Source of the DNA: an uncultured delta proteobacterium
GTDB taxonomy: Bacteria > Desulfobacterota > Desulfuromonadia > Geobacterales > Pseudopelobacteraceae
Assembly (NCBI GenBank): GCA_963772835.1
Contig: CAVYYZ010000009.1
Span: forward strand, 96,001 to 160,000
Length of the DNA stretch: 64,000 bases
Direction: 5' to 3'
Below, piece by piece: positions 23,167 to 34,092 of the stretch. The notes below the pieces were generated by a model. The model saw only the letters and a program-made list of their open reading frames with translations, made no database searches and had not been told where the DNA came from. Both the position numbers and the translations under genes were made by a program. Within the stretch, counting starts at the first letter, position 1. Every line of letters starts with the position of its first letter.

Positions 23167-25026
23167 TTACAAAATGAGCCGGACGCCCCCCAGAGTTTCT
23201 AATTCGTGCGGAAACCGGTCACCCGGCGTACCGATGAACATGTAATTTTTGGGTACACCGAGTCGCGTTGAAAGCCGGTCTATGAGTTCCGGGCAGAACT
23301 CCCCCTGGACCGCTACGAAATCTATTTTCAAGCGAGGGTACATCCGGTCAATGGTCCTGAGATGCTGGGCCAGATCCTTCGGTATGTCAGTTTCATGGTC
23401 GTACACATGGACAAATTTAAGCCATTTGGTCTGCTCGTTTTTCAAAACATACAGGGCGGCCTGATTCAGATTAGCCAGATCGTCCCCCTTGGTGAAATAG
23501 ACGACCGTAAGGCTGTTGATACGATCTATTGAACTGGCAACCTTGAAACGGAGGAGTTCATTGGCCTTCTGTACTTTTTCCACAATGGCTCTTGAGATGA
23601 ACAATACAAGCTTGAGCAGCTGAATGCGGAGAAACATTACAACCACAACACCGGCAACGATCGCATAATATTCGAGAAATATACGCAGCGATGCAGGATC
23701 CAGCAGTACATTCCCGACAAGACCGGCGACCACGGCAATAAGAGCAATGGTCACCTTTGGCCAACTGGCACGGGTGTCACGCGGCAAACGGTCCCTTTTC
23801 ACCTTGAGCAGCATGTTTCCGATGGCGAACAGTGCCATGACACACAGGAAGGACAGGGTGTAGACGCCTGCCAGTATGCCTATTCTGCCGCCGGAAACTG
23901 CCAGGATCGACCAGCACATCAGGAAGAAGCCGATGATGATCCAGTGGTTGGTATGCCTCCATCTGTTTTCCTGAAGAAGAAACGGAGGCAGGCAGCGATC
24001 GAGGGTCATGCGCCGCACCAGACCTGTTACCCCGACATAACTGGTAAGAACGGCACCCGACAGCACCAGGGTGGCATCGATACTGACCAGAACCCCCAGC
24101 CAGTTCCCGGCGGAAAGTCTCCCCATCTGCGCCAGCAGATCGGGAGGGACCTGCTGGATAACGGCCATCGGGAGGAGTCCCGAGCGCCAGCAGGCTGATG
24201 AGCGGATTGAACACCGCCACCGCCATCCACATGTTCCGGAGTGTTTTCGGAAAGACGCCCTTTTCCTGCTCTTCAATGAAGTTTGCAGAGCTTTCAAAGC
24301 CGCTGATGCCGAGCATGGCCGCCGCAAATCCGAAAAACAGCGCATGCATCAGACCGCCGGGGGTGGGAACAGTCATGTTCAGCGTGCAGCAGCGACGGAT
24401 CGCTCACGATCATGATCACGGAAGTAACGCACAGTATCGTCAGCGTAATCATGTGGAACAGGAAGATGACGAGTGCCACCATGGCGGATTCGCCGATGCC
24501 GATCAGGTTGAGCAGCGCAAAAAAACCGAGCAGGAGAACCGTTGCCATGATGACCGGCAGTCCCGGCAGAAGATTATGGGCGTAGTGCATCGCTTCACTG
24601 GCGCTGATGACCGCTGTGGCGATATAGGATAGCAGTGTCAGGCAGGCAGCGGCGGCGGCGGTATTTTTATTGGTGGTATTCAGCAGCACGGTATAGGTGC
24701 CGCCATTCAGCGGGAGGGCGCTGCCGACCTCGGCATACACCTTCCGGAACAGATAGAGAACCGCTGCAACAATCAGCAGCACAACCGGCGCCAGAAAACC
24801 GGCCTGGGCGGCGCAGAGGGCGGCCACATACAGACAGCTTGAGGTGATATCGTTGCCGCAGATGGCGGTTGAGCGCCAGACTCCAAGTTTTTTGGGCGGA
24901 GGCAGAGTCGCAGCTGGTGGTGCGGCGGGACCCGACCAGATCATTTATCCGTTCTGATTTGCCCCATCCGACAAACTCCCACGAACCTGCCTGTTGATGG
25001 TTATCAGTATCTGAAATATTCTCCAT
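23167..25026 (-). CDS. APC-family amino-acid permease with C-terminal cytoplasmic domain, about three apparent frameshifts
   Basis: STAICGNDITSSCLY, LPLNGGTY, GISGFESSANFIEEQ and DATLVLSGAVLTSYVG over ORFs 24667-25026, 24294-24944, 23777-24376 and 23167-24345. Confidence 0.8.
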
Positions 25027-25228
25027 TCATTACTGCCTTTCATTGAATTATTACGGCTAAAACTGACATTTAATGCTATCATTCAAGCTCGTACCGTATT
25101 GATACCATTCAATTTACCGTTGTTCAAGTGAACAAACATACACATACTTGCTATTAACTATTTACAAGACATTATAAAAAATGAGCTACTCCCGGCTCAT
25201 GAGTGTCTATTTTCAGCAGAGGTGGTAC

Positions 25229-26147
25229 ATGGACAGTGCTATGTGGCTTGCAGCTTCAGAATGGCTTTTATGACCCGACTGTCGGCAAAATTGTAACAGT
25301 TATTGTCGGCATTATCATTATTAATGTGCTGACCCGTGTGACACGGCGGCTTCTTCTGGGCCGCATAGAAAGCACTGACAACCGCTACCGCTTTAGAAAA
25401 CTTGTTAATGCAGCCGGGGCACTGGTATCAATACTCCTGGTTACCATTGTTTTCAGCAATAAACTGGGGAACCTGACCGTTGCCTTCGGTGTGGCCGGCG
25501 CCGGTATCGCCTTTGCCCTGCAGGAGGTAATCGCCAGTATTGCCGGGTGGGTTGCTGTCTCCTTCGGTAATTTCTATTCCGTCGGCGACCGGGTGCAGCT
25601 GGGCGGCATTACCGGCGACGTGATTGATATCGGCGTACTGCGAACAACGGTTATGGAGACCGGTCAATGGGTTAAGGCCGATCAGTATAACGGCCGTATT
25701 GTCAGGGTTGCCAACAGTTTCGTTTTCAAGGAACCGGTATTCAATTACTCCGGCGATTTCCCCTTTCTGTGGGACGAAATAAACGTTCCGGTCAAATACG
25801 GCAGCGACTACAAGCTGGCCCGGAAAATCATGCAGAGAATTGCCGATGAAGCAGTTGGGTCGAATTAGTGCCGCAAAGCCAAGAAAACCTGGCATGAAAT
25901 GGTGAACAAGTACCGTATTGAGGACGCCATGATCGAACCGGCGGTCACACTGATCGCCAATGATAACTGGCTGGAGTTTACCATCCGCTATGTGACTGAT
26001 TACAAGCGGCGGCGTTCAACCAAAGACATTCTGTTCACCCGGATTATGGAGGAGTTTGACGCCACAACCGGCAAGGTTTCCCTGGCTTCGGCCACGTTCC
26101 ATCTGGTGGATGCGCCGGTATTTAACGTGCGGTTGGCGGACAAATAA
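25229..26147 (+). CDS. MscS-family mechanosensitive channel, apparent frameshifts near 25267 and 25860
   Basis: GAGIAFALQE, GDRVQLGGITGDVIDIG and NSFVFKEPVFNYS. ATG 25229 follows GAGGTGG and joins the main frame if one T of the T run is removed. Confidence 0.8.
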
Positions 26148-26204
26148 TGCTATGATCCAGTGATATTTCAAGGAAACTCCCCGTAACAAGGGAATGGAAA
26201 AAGT

Positions 26205-27473
26205 ATGAGCTTTTTTGAAATAACCGCCATATTGATGGTGCTGACGGCACTGTTCAGCTATGTCAACTACCGTGTGCTGCACATGCCGACCACCATCGGG
26301 GTCATGTTCATCGCTCTGGCGGCCTCTCTTGGCATCGTTCTTCTCAGCTGGCTGGGTGTGGATATCGGTCAGCACCATGTCGCCCGGATTCTGGAGACAA
26401 TCGACTTCAATAAGGCACTGCTGCATGGCATTCTGTCCTTTCTGCTGTTCGCCGGGGCCATGCACATCAAACTTGATGATCTGACCAGCCAGAAATGGGT
26501 TATAAGCGTACTGGCAACCGTGGGGGTCGTCGCCTCGACCTTCATTGTCGGCGGTCTGACCTGGGTCGTGCTCGGTTTTCTGAATATTCCGGCTTCATTC
26601 ATCTACTGTCTGCTCTTCGGCGCTTTGATCTCGCCGACCGATCCGGTGGCGGTGATCGGTATTCTCAAGACAGCCGGAGTCCCCAAAAGCCTTGAAACCA
26701 AGATCGCCGGGGAGTCACTCTTCAACGACGGTATCGGCGTTGTGGTCTTTATGATCATTCTTGAACTTGCACTTGGCGGAGGCGATGTTACCCTTGGCAG
26801 GGTTTCGCTTCTCTTCGTTGAGGAGGCGGTTGGCGGAGCGCTGTTTGGACTTATACTCGGGCTGCTGGCCTACCAGATGCTCAAACGGGTCAACAATTAC
26901 CAGGTGGAAGTCATAATCACCCTGGCTATGGTCATGGGTGGCTATGCACTCGCTGACAGAATCCATACCTCGGGCCCGATTGCCATCGTTGTGGCCGGAC
27001 TGCTGATCGGCAATCATGGCCGGGCGTTCGCCATGTCTGAGCTCACCCGCCAGCGTCTTGATGATTTTTGGGAGTTGGTGGACGAAATTCTCAATGCCCT
27101 GCTCTTCATGCTGATCGGCATGGAAGTACTGGTTATGCCCTTTACCAGAGCCTTGCTCACTGCCGGCCTGCTCTCTATTGTCATCACGCTGTTTGCCCGA
27201 TGGGCGAGCGTTGGGGGAGCAGTGCTGCTCATGAGGAGATTCAGGGCATTCAGCCCGGGTGCGATTAAAATCCTCACCTGGGGAGGATTGCGCGGCGGCA
27301 TCTCGGTGGCCCTGGCTCTGTCGATACCACCGGTTCCGGAGCGCACAACCATTATTACCATCACCTACATAATTGTTGTATTCTCGATAGTCATTCAGGG
27401 CATGTCTCTTGGCAGACTGGTGGACATGATATATCCTGACATCCAGGGGAAACAAATCGGAGGGAAAACATGA
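26205..27473 (+). CDS. nhaP: NhaP-type Na+/H+ antiporter (CPA1)
   Basis: [21 protein letters not shown] and [15 protein letters not shown]. Confidence 0.88.
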   Translation: MSFFEITAILMVLTALFSYVNYRVLHMPTTIGVMFIALAASLGIVLLSWLGVDIGQHHVARILETIDFNKALLHGILSFLLFAGAMHIKLDDLTSQKWVISVLATVGVVASTFIVGGLTWVVLGFLNIPASFIYCLLFGALISPTDPVAVIGILKTAGVPKSLETKIAGESLFNDGIGVVVFMIILELALGGGDVTLGRVSLLFVEEAVGGALFGLILGLLAYQMLKRVNNYQVEVIITLAMVMGGYALADRIHTSGPIAIVVAGLLIGNHGRAFAMSELTRQRLDDFWELVDEILNALLFMLIGMEVLVMPFTRALLTAGLLSIVITLFARWASVGGAVLLMRRFRAFSPGAIKILTWGGLRGGISVALALSIPPVPERTTIITITYIIVVFSIVIQGMSLGRLVDMIYPDIQGKQIGGKT

Positions 27474-27802
27474 AATTTTCACTTATTGCATCGATTATTC
27501 TTTCATTGGCAATGGCTCTTTTTGCCGTTCAGAATTCACAACAGACGCAAGTGACCTTTCTGGGCAAGTATTTCGACGGTCCCCTGGTGATCGTCCTCCT
27601 CATCACCTTCGCAGTCGGTGTTTTATCAATGTTTTTTGCCATGCTTCCCGCTTCATTCCGCAAATCTATGGAAATTTCAAAGTTAAAATCGCGCCTGACC
27701 GTACTCTCATCAAATATCAAGACCCTTGAAAAACAACAGACCGACAGAGAAGATCACTACAAAAAGGAGATCCGTCATGAAAATACTCATCAGGAATCGT
27801 AA
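27470..27802 (+). CDS. LapA/DUF1049-family small membrane protein
   Basis: [12 protein letters not shown] motif, two TM helices and a coiled-coil tail. Confidence 0.75.
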   Translation: MKFSLIASIILSLAMALFAVQNSQQTQVTFLGKYFDGPLVIVLLITFAVGVLSMFFAMLPASFRKSMEISKLKSRLTVLSSNIKTLEKQQTDREDHYKKEIRHENTHQES

Positions 27803-28400
27803 GTATCTGCAGATTGTCATGTCCCTCACCGTGGCAGCGATGTTGCTTGCCAGCGGCTGTGCCCGCTACGCGCACAATTCTGACACGCTCTATGAACCGT
27901 CCACTCCTGTTCGAGGCGGCAGCGGGACTGTCTACATCGTTATACCGGAAAGTCAGCAGACACGGTCATCGGATATCAGACGGGTAGTGGGAACTGTTTC
28001 AGATGGTGAAAACAGGAAACTTGACGATGTGTTCAGTTCCCGCTCAGCCGCTGAAATCATTCAGACCGCGCTTGGTCTTGAATTCAAAAGAGCCGGATAT
28101 ACCGTTATACCGGCTACATCGCGTCCAACTGCCGAACAGCAGGTGATAGATCTTACCAAATCAGAAATAAAGCTTGACCAGATCTCCGAGTTAACGAACA
28201 TTAAGGTAACGTGTCAGGTGCTGTCGAATATGGATGTATACAAGGCCGGAAAGCTGATAAAGCGGGTTCAATATGCGGCAACATCCTCCAAAACAGACAT
28301 TAAAGACCGTGACCTGCTGGCCGGGAATGTCCTGCAGGAAGCGCTTCAGTCGGTCATGCTGCAGGCAACACCGGAAATTCACACCCTGTTCAGTCACTGA
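27777..28400 (+). CDS. Putative lipoprotein
   Basis: SD AAGGAG; signal peptide ending in lipobox LASGC. Confidence 0.75.
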   Translation: MKILIRNRKYLQIVMSLTVAAMLLASGCARYAHNSDTLYEPSTPVRGGSGTVYIVIPESQQTRSSDIRRVVGTVSDGENRKLDDVFSSRSAAEIIQTALGLEFKRAGYTVIPATSRPTAEQQVIDLTKSEIKLDQISELTNIKVTCQVLSNMDVYKAGKLIKRVQYAATSSKTDIKDRDLLAGNVLQEALQSVMLQATPEIHTLFSH

Positions 28401-28421
28401 GATAATAGACAGGAGACCTCA

Positions 28422-30083
28422 ATGATACGTACCTTCATTACAATTGCTCTGTTCGTTACTTTGACTGCAGCGGCTTTTGCCGCACCGAAAGGCAAAACGT
28501 CACATGTCGCTCCAGCACCTGAACAGACGGTAGCCCCGGCGCTTCCCGAAGGTCAGGTGATGTTGGCAGGCAAGACGGTGCTTACCATAAAAAGCAAGGT
28601 GCTTTCTTTTTCCCCCGAAGATCGGGCTAAAACAATTTCCGACCGTCTTGCAAAAATTGTCAAGGATCCTACGTTTCAGATTGATTCACTGAAAGTGGTA
28701 GACAGCGAAAACTCCAGTGATATTGTTACGGGTGATTTGATCCTTATGAGCGTAGCAGATGCGGATGCTCAGGCGGTAGGAAAAGAGCGCCTACTGCTGG
28801 CCGAGGAATCTGCCGCCAAGATCCGGGTTGCGGTGGAACTGCGCAACAAGGAGTACAGCACCAAGACTCTCCTGTTCGGTGCGTTGTACAGCCTCCTGGC
28901 AACGCTTGCCCTTGTGGCATCGTTACTGGCACTCAACCATTTTCTTCCAAGATTTATCGCTAAAATTGAATCATGGCGCGGCATCTACATCCGCTCGGTT
29001 CGCTTTCAGTCGATAGAGGTATTGAATGAAGAGCGAATCGTAGCGGTTATCAGTACATTTCTTCGCTGGGCAAGAACGATACTTCTGCTCGGCCTTCTCT
29101 ACCTCTATATACCGCTGGTGCTCAGCTTTTTCCCCTGGACCCACGGCATGGCGAACAGACTTTTCAGTTATATTCTGGCACCGATTGAGAAAGTCGGACT
29201 CTCTTTCGTTTCCTATCTGCCCAACATTTTCTTTCTGCTGGTCATAGCAGTCATCACCAATTACTCGATAAAACTGACTAAATTCCTGTTTTCAGAAGTT
29301 CAGAAGCAGACCATTACCATCCCAGGATTTTATCACGACTGGGCCGAACCCACCTTCAAGATCGTTCGTTTTCTGATATTTGCTTTTGCTGCTGTTGTCG
29401 CTTTTCCCTATCTTCCGGGCTCAGACTCACCCGCCTTCAAGGGTGTGTCGGTTTTTCTCGGGGTGCTCTTTTCGTTCGGATCGTCCTCGGCGATTTCAAA
29501 TGTCGTGGCGGGGGTCATCCTTACCTACATGCGGGCCTTTAAACTCGGGGACCGGGTCAAAATCGCGGATACCGTCGGCGATGTGGTGGAAAAAACCCTG
29601 CTGATTACCCGAATCCGTACCATCAAGAACGTTGACATCACTATCCCGAATGCCATGGTTCTCAGCAGTCACATTACCAATTTCAGTTCTTCGGCGATGG
29701 AATACGGGCTGATCCTCCATACAACCGTTACCATTGGCTATGACGCTCCGTGGCGCCGGGTTCATGAACTTCTGATTTCGGCGGCATCCGCCACAGAAAA
29801 TATTCTGGAACTTCCCGCACCTTTCGTCCTCCAGACCAGCCTGGATGATTTTTACGTCAGCTACCAAATCAATGCATATACCGAAAAACCGTCAGTCATG
29901 GCACGTACCTATTCCGCTCTTCATCAGAACATTCAGGAAAAGTTTAATGAAGGAGGGATAGAGATCATGTCTCCACATTATTCTTCGCTGCGTGATGGCA
30001 ATATGACAACAATACCGGAGTCGTATTTACCTGAATCGTACATGCAGCCTGCGTTCAGAGTCAGCAAGACGGATGCTGAATAA
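28422..30083 (+). CDS. MscS-family mechanosensitive channel with periplasmic N-terminal domain
   Basis: Signal peptide, FPYLPGSDSPAFKGVS, GDRVKIADTVGDV, TIGYDAPW and IEIMSPHY. Confidence 0.9.
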   Translation: MIRTFITIALFVTLTAAAFAAPKGKTSHVAPAPEQTVAPALPEGQVMLAGKTVLTIKSKVLSFSPEDRAKTISDRLAKIVKDPTFQIDSLKVVDSENSSDIVTGDLILMSVADADAQAVGKERLLLAEESAAKIRVAVELRNKEYSTKTLLFGALYSLLATLALVASLLALNHFLPRFIAKIESWRGIYIRSVRFQSIEVLNEERIVAVISTFLRWARTILLLGLLYLYIPLVLSFFPWTHGMANRLFSYILAPIEKVGLSFVSYLPNIFFLLVIAVITNYSIKLTKFLFSEVQKQTITIPGFYHDWAEPTFKIVRFLIFAFAAVVAFPYLPGSDSPAFKGVSVFLGVLFSFGSSSAISNVVAGVILTYMRAFKLGDRVKIADTVGDVVEKTLLITRIRTIKNVDITIPNAMVLSSHITNFSSSAMEYGLILHTTVTIGYDAPWRRVHELLISAASATENILELPAPFVLQTSLDDFYVSYQINAYTEKPSVMARTYSALHQNIQEKFNEGGIEIMSPHYSSLRDGNMTTIPESYLPESYMQPAFRVSKTDAE

Positions 30084-30366
30084 TCGGCTACATACCCCAT
30101 CAAATGCACGCGGGACCGGTTTTTTCCCCGGCAAGGCAATTTGAATCATCTTATTCCTCCTCACCGGGCGGCGTTAGCATCTGCTTCTGATGACTATGAT
30201 GGCAGCCGCCTTATTTCCACTCTTCTCGCCTTTCAATGAAAAAATGGCGCAAATCACCATCCGTACTCACCCAAGAGTCGTTGCACCGCAATATTCCTCC
30301 GCTATAATGAAAGCCGAGCACCGTAATCATGTGATTTGCGCTTGATATTACGGTGCAAATCAAAAC

Positions 30367-30428
30367 TTGACGAGATTTAAAAAAACGCTTATTATTAGCG
30401 TTCCAAATTATTTGTATTACAAACAATA
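30367..30428 (+). promoter_or_regulatory. sigma70 promoter and probable MarR operator
   Basis: TTGACG(30367)-N17-TATTAT(30390), followed by the near-palindrome TTTGTATTACAAA just before marR. Confidence 0.55.
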
Positions 30429-30441
30429 AGTCAGTCGAATC

Positions 30442-30918
30442 ATGAGAGCACTTATGAAAAAGCAGAGAGATTCAATACCGGAAATAATCGACAATTTACG
30501 GCGGGTATTCCAGATAATCACCGAATACTCAAAAACCGCCGAGCGATCAATCGGCTTAACAGGCCCGCAACTCTGGGCGATGAAGATACTTTCAAATTCC
30601 GCTCCCCTGCATGTTTCCTGCCTGGCACGCCAGATGTTTCTAAGTCCAGCGACTGTCGTCGGGATACTTGACCGGCTTGAAAATAAAGGGCTTGTAACAC
30701 GTGTCCGATCAAAAGAAGACCGCAGAGCGGTGGATCTACATCTTACCGTAAAGGGGCGTGATGTGGCCGCGAAGGTCCCTGAAGTTGCCCAGGTTATGCT
30801 CGTAAAAGGGCTTGAAGGGCTGTCGGACGAACAGTTTTCCCATGTGGATGAGGCTATGCAGCAGATCGTGCAGATGCTCGGAGCGGAGCATATCACACCG
30901 CAACCACTGCATGGATAA
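30442..30918 (+). CDS. MarR-family transcriptional regulator (start may be 30454)
   Basis: LTGPQLW...SPATVVGILDRLENKGLVTRVRSKEDRRAV winged-helix motif. Confidence 0.9.
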   Translation: MRALMKKQRDSIPEIIDNLRRVFQIITEYSKTAERSIGLTGPQLWAMKILSNSAPLHVSCLARQMFLSPATVVGILDRLENKGLVTRVRSKEDRRAVDLHLTVKGRDVAAKVPEVAQVMLVKGLEGLSDEQFSHVDEAMQQIVQMLGAEHITPQPLHG

Positions 30919-31013
30919 TCAGGAATTTGTTTATCACGATGTTGTTTGCGATTGGCCGCAAATGGTCACCTTCATCTCAGCCTTCCCACTGTTTGTTGTA
31001 AAAGGAATCAGCT

Positions 31014-33254
31014 ATGAACGGATTCAGATCACTTAAACTTTCGCTGAGATTTGTCGCACCCCTGGTAATCGCTCTGGGTCTGCTCGCACTGGCCGTTGTC
31101 CCTCTCGTGGACAAGCTCACTCTGCGCTGGTCTGTCCGTGATATGGATATCAGATCACAGCTTATTGCCAGCACTTTGCAGGAACCCCTTCTGGAGCTGC
31201 TCCCCCAGGAAAACAAACTGAAGATCAATAATCTACTTCTGCGCGCTACTCAGGACGAGCGTTTGCTGGCCCTGGGATTCTGCAATCAGGAACAGAAGCT
31301 TGTCTACCGGACCCGCTCTTTTCCTGCCGATATTACGTGCCGTTCGGCACGTGATGATACCAAGCAGTCATTCCACCTGATCGAACTACCCCAGGGGCCG
31401 GTACATCTGGCAGTAATTCCCATTGAACAGAGCGGTACGCAGATGGGCTCTCTGGTGCTGGTACACGACATGAGTTACATGGTGCACCGAAGTGCAGATA
31501 CCCGTAAGTACGTTATTCTCCTGTTTATCGTGCTTGGAGTAGTCGTTTCACTCATCACCGTGTTTGTCGCACACCTGAGCTGGCGGGGATGGATGGAAGG
31601 TGTCCGGGCCATGCTGCGTGGCGAGGGGATCCTTAAGCCGTTTGCCCAGCAGACGGTCGAATCAGAGTTGCAGCCGCTGGTTGGTGATCTTAAAAACCTG
31701 TTACGATCCCTCGATGCAGAGCGGCGTCTGGCAGATGACTCTTCCACAATCTGGAGTCCCGACACCCTTAAAAATCTGCTCCACAAACAGCTGATCGGTG
31801 AGCGTATTATCGTAGTTTCTAATCGTGAACCGTACATTCACAGCAAGAAGAATGGTGCGATCGAAGTGCATCGTCCCGCCAGTGGTCTGGTAACCGCTGT
31901 TGAACCGGTTATGCGGGCCTGCTCCGGCACCTGGATTGCCCATGGCAGCGGCAATGCCGATCTGGAGACGGTAGACGCCAATGACCGCGTCAGGGTCCCG
32001 CCGGATAAGCCGGAATACAATCTTAGGCGTATCTGGATGAGTACCGAAGAGGAAAAGGGATATTATTACGGATTTGCGAATGAGGGGTTATGGCCGCTCT
32101 GCCATAATGCCCATGTCCGGCCGGTTTTTCGCACCAGCGACTGGGAGCAGTATGTAAAAATCAACCAGCGCTTTGCCGATGCTGTCGTCCAGGAGGCAGA
32201 CAGCGATGATCCCGTGGTACTTGTCCAGGATTATCACTTTGCACTGCTGCCGGGAATGATCCGCAAGGCGCTGCCCAAGTCCACGATCATAACATTCTGG
32301 CACATTCCATGGCCAAACCCGGAGTCGTTCGGCATCTGCCCCTGGAGAACTGAACTACTGAAGGGGATGTTGGGAAGCACCATTCTCGGTTTTCATACCC
32401 CTTACCACTGCAAGAATTTTCTTGAGACGGTGGACCGCTACCTTGAAACCCGCATTGAACACGCTTCGTCGACTATTTCTCGACGTGGCCAGCTGACTCT
32501 GGTTGAAAACTACCCGATCTCGATCCAGTGGCCTCCGCCCTGGCTCGGCACAGTGCCGCCGGTCGAACAGACTCGTAATGAGATTCTAAACGCTCTGGGT
32601 CTTCCTCCTGGTCATCTGCTTGGAGTAGGTGTTGACCGAATGGACTATACCAAGGGGATTCTGGAGCGTTTCAGTGCGGTTGAGCGGATGCTCGAGCTCC
32701 ATCCGGAACTGGTCGGCCGGTTCAGTTTTGTGCAGATCGCTGCCCCGAGCCGTTCGGCACTTGAGGAGTATCAAACATTTGAAACAAGGATTCACGCACT
32801 GGAAAAACGGATTAATGTTCGATTCACCCGTGACGGACGACCGCCTATCATCCTCAAGGCGGAACATCATGAGCCTGCAGAGGTAAACCGCTATTACCGC
32901 GCAGCCCATGTCTGCATGGTTACAAGTCTCCACGACGGCATGAACCTGGTGGCCAAAGAGTATGTGGCGGCCAGAGACGACGAACGCGGGGTGCTGATTC
33001 TGAGTCAGTTTACCGGCGCGGCCAACGAACTGCATGAGGCGCTGATTGTCAACCCCTACCATGTGGAGCAGACAGCCGAAGCACTGTACCAGGGGCTTAC
33101 CATGCCTGAATACGAGCAACAGGAGAGGATGCGCAGCATGCGCGCCCTGGTGCGGGATTTCAATGTGTATCGCTGGGCCGGCAGAATGCTTCTGGACGCA
33201 GCACGCGTGCGCCAGCGGGAGAAGCTGGCCGATAGGATAGGGAGAGAACAATGA
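31014..33254 (+). CDS. otsA: Trehalose-6-phosphate synthase with N-terminal membrane/periplasmic extension
   Basis: IVVSNREP, YYYGFANEGLWPLCH, VQDYH, FWHIPWP, GVDRMDYTKGI and DGMNLVAKEY (GT20). About 250 aa N-terminal region with two TM helices. Confidence 0.9.
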   Translation: MNGFRSLKLSLRFVAPLVIALGLLALAVVPLVDKLTLRWSVRDMDIRSQLIASTLQEPLLELLPQENKLKINNLLLRATQDERLLALGFCNQEQKLVYRTRSFPADITCRSARDDTKQSFHLIELPQGPVHLAVIPIEQSGTQMGSLVLVHDMSYMVHRSADTRKYVILLFIVLGVVVSLITVFVAHLSWRGWMEGVRAMLRGEGILKPFAQQTVESELQPLVGDLKNLLRSLDAERRLADDSSTIWSPDTLKNLLHKQLIGERIIVVSNREPYIHSKKNGAIEVHRPASGLVTAVEPVMRACSGTWIAHGSGNADLETVDANDRVRVPPDKPEYNLRRIWMSTEEEKGYYYGFANEGLWPLCHNAHVRPVFRTSDWEQYVKINQRFADAVVQEADSDDPVVLVQDYHFALLPGMIRKALPKSTIITFWHIPWPNPESFGICPWRTELLKGMLGSTILGFHTPYHCKNFLETVDRYLETRIEHASSTISRRGQLTLVENYPISIQWPPPWLGTVPPVEQTRNEILNALGLPPGHLLGVGVDRMDYTKGILERFSAVERMLELHPELVGRFSFVQIAAPSRSALEEYQTFETRIHALEKRINVRFTRDGRPPIILKAEHHEPAEVNRYYRAAHVCMVTSLHDGMNLVAKEYVAARDDERGVLILSQFTGAANELHEALIVNPYHVEQTAEALYQGLTMPEYEQQERMRSMRALVRDFNVYRWAGRMLLDAARVRQREKLADRIGREQ

Positions 33255-34012
33255 CAGCATCGTATATATTACATTCAGAGGGACTGGACATACTCGCGCG
33301 CCATGTGGCACGGGACACACTGTTTGCATTCGACCTTGATGGTACATTGGCGCCGATTGTAGAGGAGTATACGGCCGCACAGATAGCCGAACCGGTCCGC
33401 ACCTCCTTGAAACGTCTTGGGAAACTCGCAAAAATTGCCGTCATCACCGGCAGGTCAAGAAAAGATGCCCAGGCTATTCTCGGATTTGAACCTCATCTGC
33501 TTGTGGGAAATCATGGTTCCGAATGGCCGGCTCAAGAAGGTCGCCGTGATTGGCAGCAGATTGCAATGTGCCTCAAGTGGCAGGAAAAATTGAAGGAGAT
33601 GCTCTGTCATATACCGGGGATTGAGTTCGAGTTCAAAGGTGAATCGGTTTCAATTCATTACCGTAAGGCAGATGATCGTGAGAGAGCCCTTTCATGTATC
33701 AACGACGCTATCGGGTCACTATCACCATGTCCGAGAAGAATTGGCGGCAAGTTTGTCGTCAATCTGCTCCCGCTGGAGGCACTAACCAAAGGAGATGCAC
33801 TTTTGGCCGCCATGGATAAATTCAAGTCGGGACGGTCGATATATTTTGGTGATGATGTTACGGACGAAGAAGTCTTTCGACTGAGTGGAGTTAATGTGCT
33901 TGGCATCCACATAGGAAAAAACGATCAGTCGGCGGCCGAATATTATCTGAATAATCAGTCAGAGCTTCTTGGCCTACTCGACACAATGATAGAAATTATA
34001 GAGTCTATTTGA
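33251..34012 (+). CDS. otsB: Trehalose-6-phosphate phosphatase (HAD)
   Basis: FDLDGTLAPI, ITGR, GNHG and YFGDDVTDE; overlaps the otsA stop. Confidence 0.9.
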   Translation: MTASYILHSEGLDILARHVARDTLFAFDLDGTLAPIVEEYTAAQIAEPVRTSLKRLGKLAKIAVITGRSRKDAQAILGFEPHLLVGNHGSEWPAQEGRRDWQQIAMCLKWQEKLKEMLCHIPGIEFEFKGESVSIHYRKADDRERALSCINDAIGSLSPCPRRIGGKFVVNLLPLEALTKGDALLAAMDKFKSGRSIYFGDDVTDEEVFRLSGVNVLGIHIGKNDQSAAEYYLNNQSELLGLLDTMIEIIESI

Positions 34013-34092
34013 TGCTACTACGCGTTGGGCAAAGGCGTCACTCAAAAGGCCCGGTTTCACAAGTTGCGGCCTGAAACCAGGCACCTTCCACT

